From NCBI GenBank assembly GCA_003241385.1, contig QFPO01000008.1, forward strand, positions 98,759-162,758: a DNA stretch of 64,000 nucleotides, given 5' to 3'. The translations under genes and the position numbers were made by a program. Position 1 is the first letter of the stretch; every line of letters starts with the position of its first letter. This stretch comes from Rhodanobacter denitrificans (GTDB lineage Bacteria; Pseudomonadota; Gammaproteobacteria; Xanthomonadales; Rhodanobacteraceae). Below, piece by piece: positions 60,661 to 64,000 of this stretch. Below the pieces are notes generated by a model. It was not told the origin of the DNA. It did not search any database and was given only the letters and a program-made list of their open reading frames with translations.

Positions 60661-61833
60661 TTACTCCTTCGATCGGGCGGTGGCGCCGCGCGCGTCGAGC
60701 GCTTCGCGGCAGGCGGTCAGCGTATCGGCGGCGACCTCGCCCCAGCTGCGCGAGTAGCGGCGCGACAGCGCGGCCTCGTCCCAGTCGCGGTCGAGCACGG
60801 CCGCGAGCGCAGCGGCCAGCGCTGCGGCATCGCGCGGCGGCACCAGCACCGCGCAGCTCGCGTCGACGACCTCGGGCACGCCGCCGACCGGCGTCGACAC
60901 CACCGGGCGGCCGCAGGCCAGCGCCTCGACCAGCACGTTCGGATGGCCTTCCGAATAGCTCGGCAGCGCGAGCAGATCGCAGGCCGCCATCCATTCGGCA
61001 ACCTGCGGCGCGGCCTGTGCGCCGGCCAGGCGCAGCCCGCTGGCGGGATCGGCCGCGAGCGTCGCGAATTCGGCCTGCAGCGGCCCATCGCCGACCAGCA
61101 CCCACTCGGCATGCGGTCGTGCGCAGCGCAGGCTGCGCATCGCCTCGGCCAGCTCGCGCAGGCCCTTCTCGGCGACCAGGCGGCCGACGTAGAGCACCAG
61201 CTCGGCATCGGCCGCGACGCCGAGTGCGGCGCGCGCCGCGGCGCGGTCGCGGCGGTGGAAGATCGCCGCGTCGCAGCCGTTGGCGACGACGCGGACGCGG
61301 GCCGGGTCGGCGCCGTAGTCGGCGACCGCGAGCCGTCCGAGATCGGCGCTGACGACGAGCAGGCGGTCGGCGCCGCGCACGACCGGCACGGTCAGCCGGC
61401 GGCTGATCGCGTCGCGCACGCGGATGTCCGAGCCGCGCGCACCGGCGACGAACGGCACGCCGAGCCGGCGCGCGACGCGCTGCGCGCCGAACGCATCGGG
61501 GTACAGCCAGTACGACAGGATCACATCGGGCCCAAACGCGCGCGCGCCGGCGGCGATCGCACGCGCGCAGAGCCAGCCGTTGAACGGCCGCGTCAGCGCC
61601 GGCAGCGCCGGATAGGTCGGCCAGGCCGCGTCGAGCTCGGTGACCGGCTCGCGCGGGTCCGGCGCGCGGTACAGATAGCTCGCCGGCTGCGCCCAGCGCG
61701 GATAGCGAGCGACCGGGCTCAGCACGCGGACCGTCGCCAGCCGGGCCAGCTCGCGCAGGGTCTGATGGATCGGACGTCCGCGCGTGGGTTCGCCGGCCAG
61801 CGGAAACTGCGAGGTCACGACGAGTAGGCGCAT
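60661..61833 (-). CDS. Glycosyltransferase family 4
   Basis: RGSDI, NGCD, YVGRLVAEKG, PSYSEGHPNVLVEALACG (E-x7-E). Confidence 0.93.
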   Translation of the reverse strand: MRLLVVTSQFPLAGEPTRGRPIHQTLRELARLATVRVLSPVARYPRWAQPASYLYRAPDPREPVTELDAAWPTYPALPALTRPFNGWLCARAIAAGARAFGPDVILSYWLYPDAFGAQRVARRLGVPFVAGARGSDIRVRDAISRRLTVPVVRGADRLLVVSADLGRLAVADYGADPARVRVVANGCDAAIFHRRDRAAARAALGVAADAELVLYVGRLVAEKGLRELAEAMRSLRCARPHAEWVLVGDGPLQAEFATLAADPASGLRLAGAQAAPQVAEWMAACDLLALPSYSEGHPNVLVEALACGRPVVSTPVGGVPEVVDASCAVLVPPRDAAALAAALAAVLDRDWDEAALSRRYSRSWGEVAADTLTACREALDARGATARSKE

Positions 61834-61988
61834 GCGGTCGGCGACGGCGGCAGGGGCACGGCCGGCGATTGTAGCGAGTGTGCCGCCCGGCCGGGCCGCG
61901 ACGGCCGGTCCGCGACGGCTCTGGCGCGCCGCCGGCACCCGCGTATGATGCGCGCCAACTGCGCCCCCCGGGCGCCCGGAGTGGCACC

Positions 61989-63014
61989 GTGCCGACCGCT
62001 TCGCCGCCCGAATCCCGCGTCGTCGAACTCGATGCGCTGCGCGGACTGGCCGCGCTCGCGGTCGTCGCCTACCACTACACGACCCAGTACGGCAAGCTCT
62101 ACGGCCATCTCGGCACGCCGCCGCCGTCGTTCGCGTTCGGCAACTACGGCGTGCAGCTGTTCTTTCTGATCAGCGGCTTCGTGATCTTCATGACGCTCGA
62201 GCGCACGCGCTCGGCGACGGACTTCGTGGTCTCGCGCTTCTCGCGGCTGTTCCCGGCGTACTGGACCGCGATCGTGCTGAGCGCGCTGGTCGTCTACACG
62301 ATCGGTATGCCGTCGCAGCGGCTGCCGTGGCGCGACGTGGTGCTCGACTTCACGATGATCCAGCAGGTGCTCGGCGCCGAGCACCTGGACGGCTCGTACT
62401 GGACGCTGGAGGTGGAGCTGTTCTTCTACGCGCAGATGCTCGGCTGGTTCGTGCTCGGCCTGCTCGGCCGGATCCGCTGGATCATCGTCGGCTGGCTGCT
62501 CCTGTCGGTCGCCTACGGCGTCGCCGAGCGGCACGGCGTGCATCTGTCCTACACGCTGCGCGAGCTGACGATCGCCCATCACATCCCGTTCTTCGCGATG
62601 GGCATCCTGTTCTACCGGCTGCGCACGCGGCCGGCGCAATGGCGCCTGGACGTCGCGCTGATCGCGCTGTGCCTGATCGCGATCGCGGTCGCCTATCCGC
62701 CTGTGTTCGCGCTGACCGCGGTGATCTGCGCGGCGATCTTCACGCTGTTCGTGACCGGCCGCCTGCGCTGGCTGCGCGCGGCGCCGTTCGCGTTCTTCGG
62801 CACGATCTCCTACTCGCTGTACCTGCTGCACCAGGCGATCGGCTTCAGCCTGATCTGGCATTTCGAACAGGCCGGCCTGCCGGCGGGACGCGCCGCGCTG
62901 GTCGCGGCGGCCCTGGTCACGATACTGGCAACGGGCCTGACGTTCGCGGTCGAACGGCCGGCGATGCGGCTGATCCGCCAAGCCTGGAGAAAACGCCGCA
63001 GCGCGATCGCCTGA
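61989..63014 (+). CDS. Acyltransferase-3 (OafA-like) membrane O-acyltransferase
   Basis: LDALRGLAAL.VV.YH, GVQLFFLISGF, SRFSRLFP, YWTLEVELFFY, GTISYSLYLLH, VERP. Confidence 0.93.
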   Translation: MPTASPPESRVVELDALRGLAALAVVAYHYTTQYGKLYGHLGTPPPSFAFGNYGVQLFFLISGFVIFMTLERTRSATDFVVSRFSRLFPAYWTAIVLSALVVYTIGMPSQRLPWRDVVLDFTMIQQVLGAEHLDGSYWTLEVELFFYAQMLGWFVLGLLGRIRWIIVGWLLLSVAYGVAERHGVHLSYTLRELTIAHHIPFFAMGILFYRLRTRPAQWRLDVALIALCLIAIAVAYPPVFALTAVICAAIFTLFVTGRLRWLRAAPFAFFGTISYSLYLLHQAIGFSLIWHFEQAGLPAGRAALVAAALVTILATGLTFAVERPAMRLIRQAWRKRRSAIA

Positions 63015-63216
63015 GGCGTCGGCCTGGCGCGGGCCGCGGTTCGGCCACACACCGGGGCTGCGGCACTGGGCGCGTGCGGGGACGCCCCCGTGACGAAACG
63101 CGCCGGTGCGTACCGGTCGCGCCTTCAACAGGCCGCGACCGGCTGCGGGGCGATGCGGCCTCCATCGCGCCGGCGCGATGCACGCGCCGTCGCGCGATGC
63201 GCCCTGCCCGGCCCGC

Positions 63217-64000
63217 TCAGCCCGGCCCGAACGTCTCGTCCAGGCCCTGGCGTACGCCCTTGCGCGGCGTCCAGCCGAGCCCGTCGCGCGCGGCGGCGGT
63301 GTCGAAGTTCGCGAGCGGCCGCAGCGAGCGCACGCGGTAGCGCGTCAGCGGCACGTCGCGGCGCAGCAGCTTGCCGAGCAGCTCGACGCCCCAGGCCAGA
63401 CCCATGAAGACCTTGACCGGCACGCGCGTGACGCGCAGCTCGGCGCCGAGCTTGCGCTGCGCGCGCGCCAGATAGGCCGCCTGCGTGACCGGTTCGGGAT
63501 CGACGACGTTGAACGTGCGGCCGACCGCTTCGGGCCGCTCGCCGGCCAGCAGCAGCGCGTCGACGACGTCGTCGACGTAGACCAGCGGAATCGTCTGGTC
63601 GCCTTCGCCGATCGCGAGCCAGCGGCCGGCCAGCGCGACGACCGCGTTCGGCGTGACCTTCTCGGCGCCGGGCCCGAAGATCTGGCCGGGCCGCACGATC
63701 ACCGCCGGCAGGCCGCGGTGATCGATCGCCTCGGCGACGTAGCGCTCGGCATTGAGCTTGGTCTGCGTGTACGCGCCGCGCGCCTGCGGCGTCGGCTCCA
63801 GCGCGGACTGCTCGGTCATCGGCACGACCGGGTCGCGGCCGGCGTGGTCGAACACGCTCATCGAGCTGACGTAGACCAGCCGTCCGGTGCCGTGGCGCAG
63901 GCAGGCGTCGACGATGTTGCGCGTGCCCCAGACCGTGCCGGCCTCGAAGTCGCGCGCGCTGCCGCGCATCGCGGCACCGACGTGATAGACGAGCGGCACG
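63217..64000 (-). CDS. NAD-dependent epimerase/dehydratase family protein (5' part outside the window)
   Basis: YVSSMSV, YTQTK (YxxxK), RPGQIFG, VYVDDVV, AVGRTFNV. Confidence 0.85.
   Translation of the reverse strand, partial: VPLVYHVGAAMRGSARDFEAGTVWGTRNIVDACLRHGTGRLVYVSSMSVFDHAGRDPVVPMTEQSALEPTPQARGAYTQTKLNAERYVAEAIDHRGLPAVIVRPGQIFGPGAEKVTPNAVVALAGRWLAIGEGDQTIPLVYVDDVVDALLLAGERPEAVGRTFNVVDPEPVTQAAYLARAQRKLGAELRVTRVPVKVFMGLAWGVELLGKLLRRDVPLTRYRVRSLRPLANFDTAAARDGLGWTPRKGVRQGLDETFGPG

Noticed and set aside
58634..61987. 1117-aa minus-strand ORF and 915-aa plus-strand ORF (59080..61827)
   Set aside because: Alternative-frame and antisense overlaps of asnB and the GT4 gene, with low-complexity Arg/Ala/Gly composition.

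Overview
Very GC-rich (roughly 70% or more, by eye) gammaproteobacterial chromosome segment. Gene content and C-terminal motifs point to Lysobacterales/Rhodanobacteraceae (Dokdonella-like; inference). 1-15.7 kb is core housekeeping: nuoA-G (nuoG truncated by the window edge), tRNA-Leu(GAG), secG, tpiA, a GT-C-like membrane protein, a 2OG-Fe(II) oxygenase, glmM, a single-Cys DksA with a long Lys/Ala/Pro tail, and yidD-pyrC-M23 peptidase. 15.8-54.6 kb is accessory and rich in exported proteins: CpdB, three beta-helix choice-of-anchor-Q-like proteins with different C-terminal tags, an Atm1-type ABC transporter, an SDR, a GAF-GGDEF protein, two serine hydrolases, an orphan duplicated permease, MscS, an M49 peptidase, fabA-fabB and an S41 peptidase. 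It also holds a tandemly duplicated palindromic repeat with a nested insertion, a siaABCD operon, a TraR/DksA zinc finger, and nhaA behind a probable nhaA-I riboswitch. 54.7-64 kb is a polysaccharide-tailoring locus: GT4, AsnB, ACP, adenylate-forming ligase, NadE paralogue, GNAT, acyltransferase-3 and a partial epimerase. The best candidates for undescribed biology are (i) the sia operon led by a Tsx-like porin, whose SiaD has a duplicated stalk split by a Cys4 module, (ii) the ACP/AsnB/NadE-like amide-tailoring cassette, and (iii) a short (I/L)FxxGFE tag found at either end of secreted proteins. All calls come from reading motifs by eye; no database search was run. No CRISPR array, rRNA, transposase or integrase was seen.
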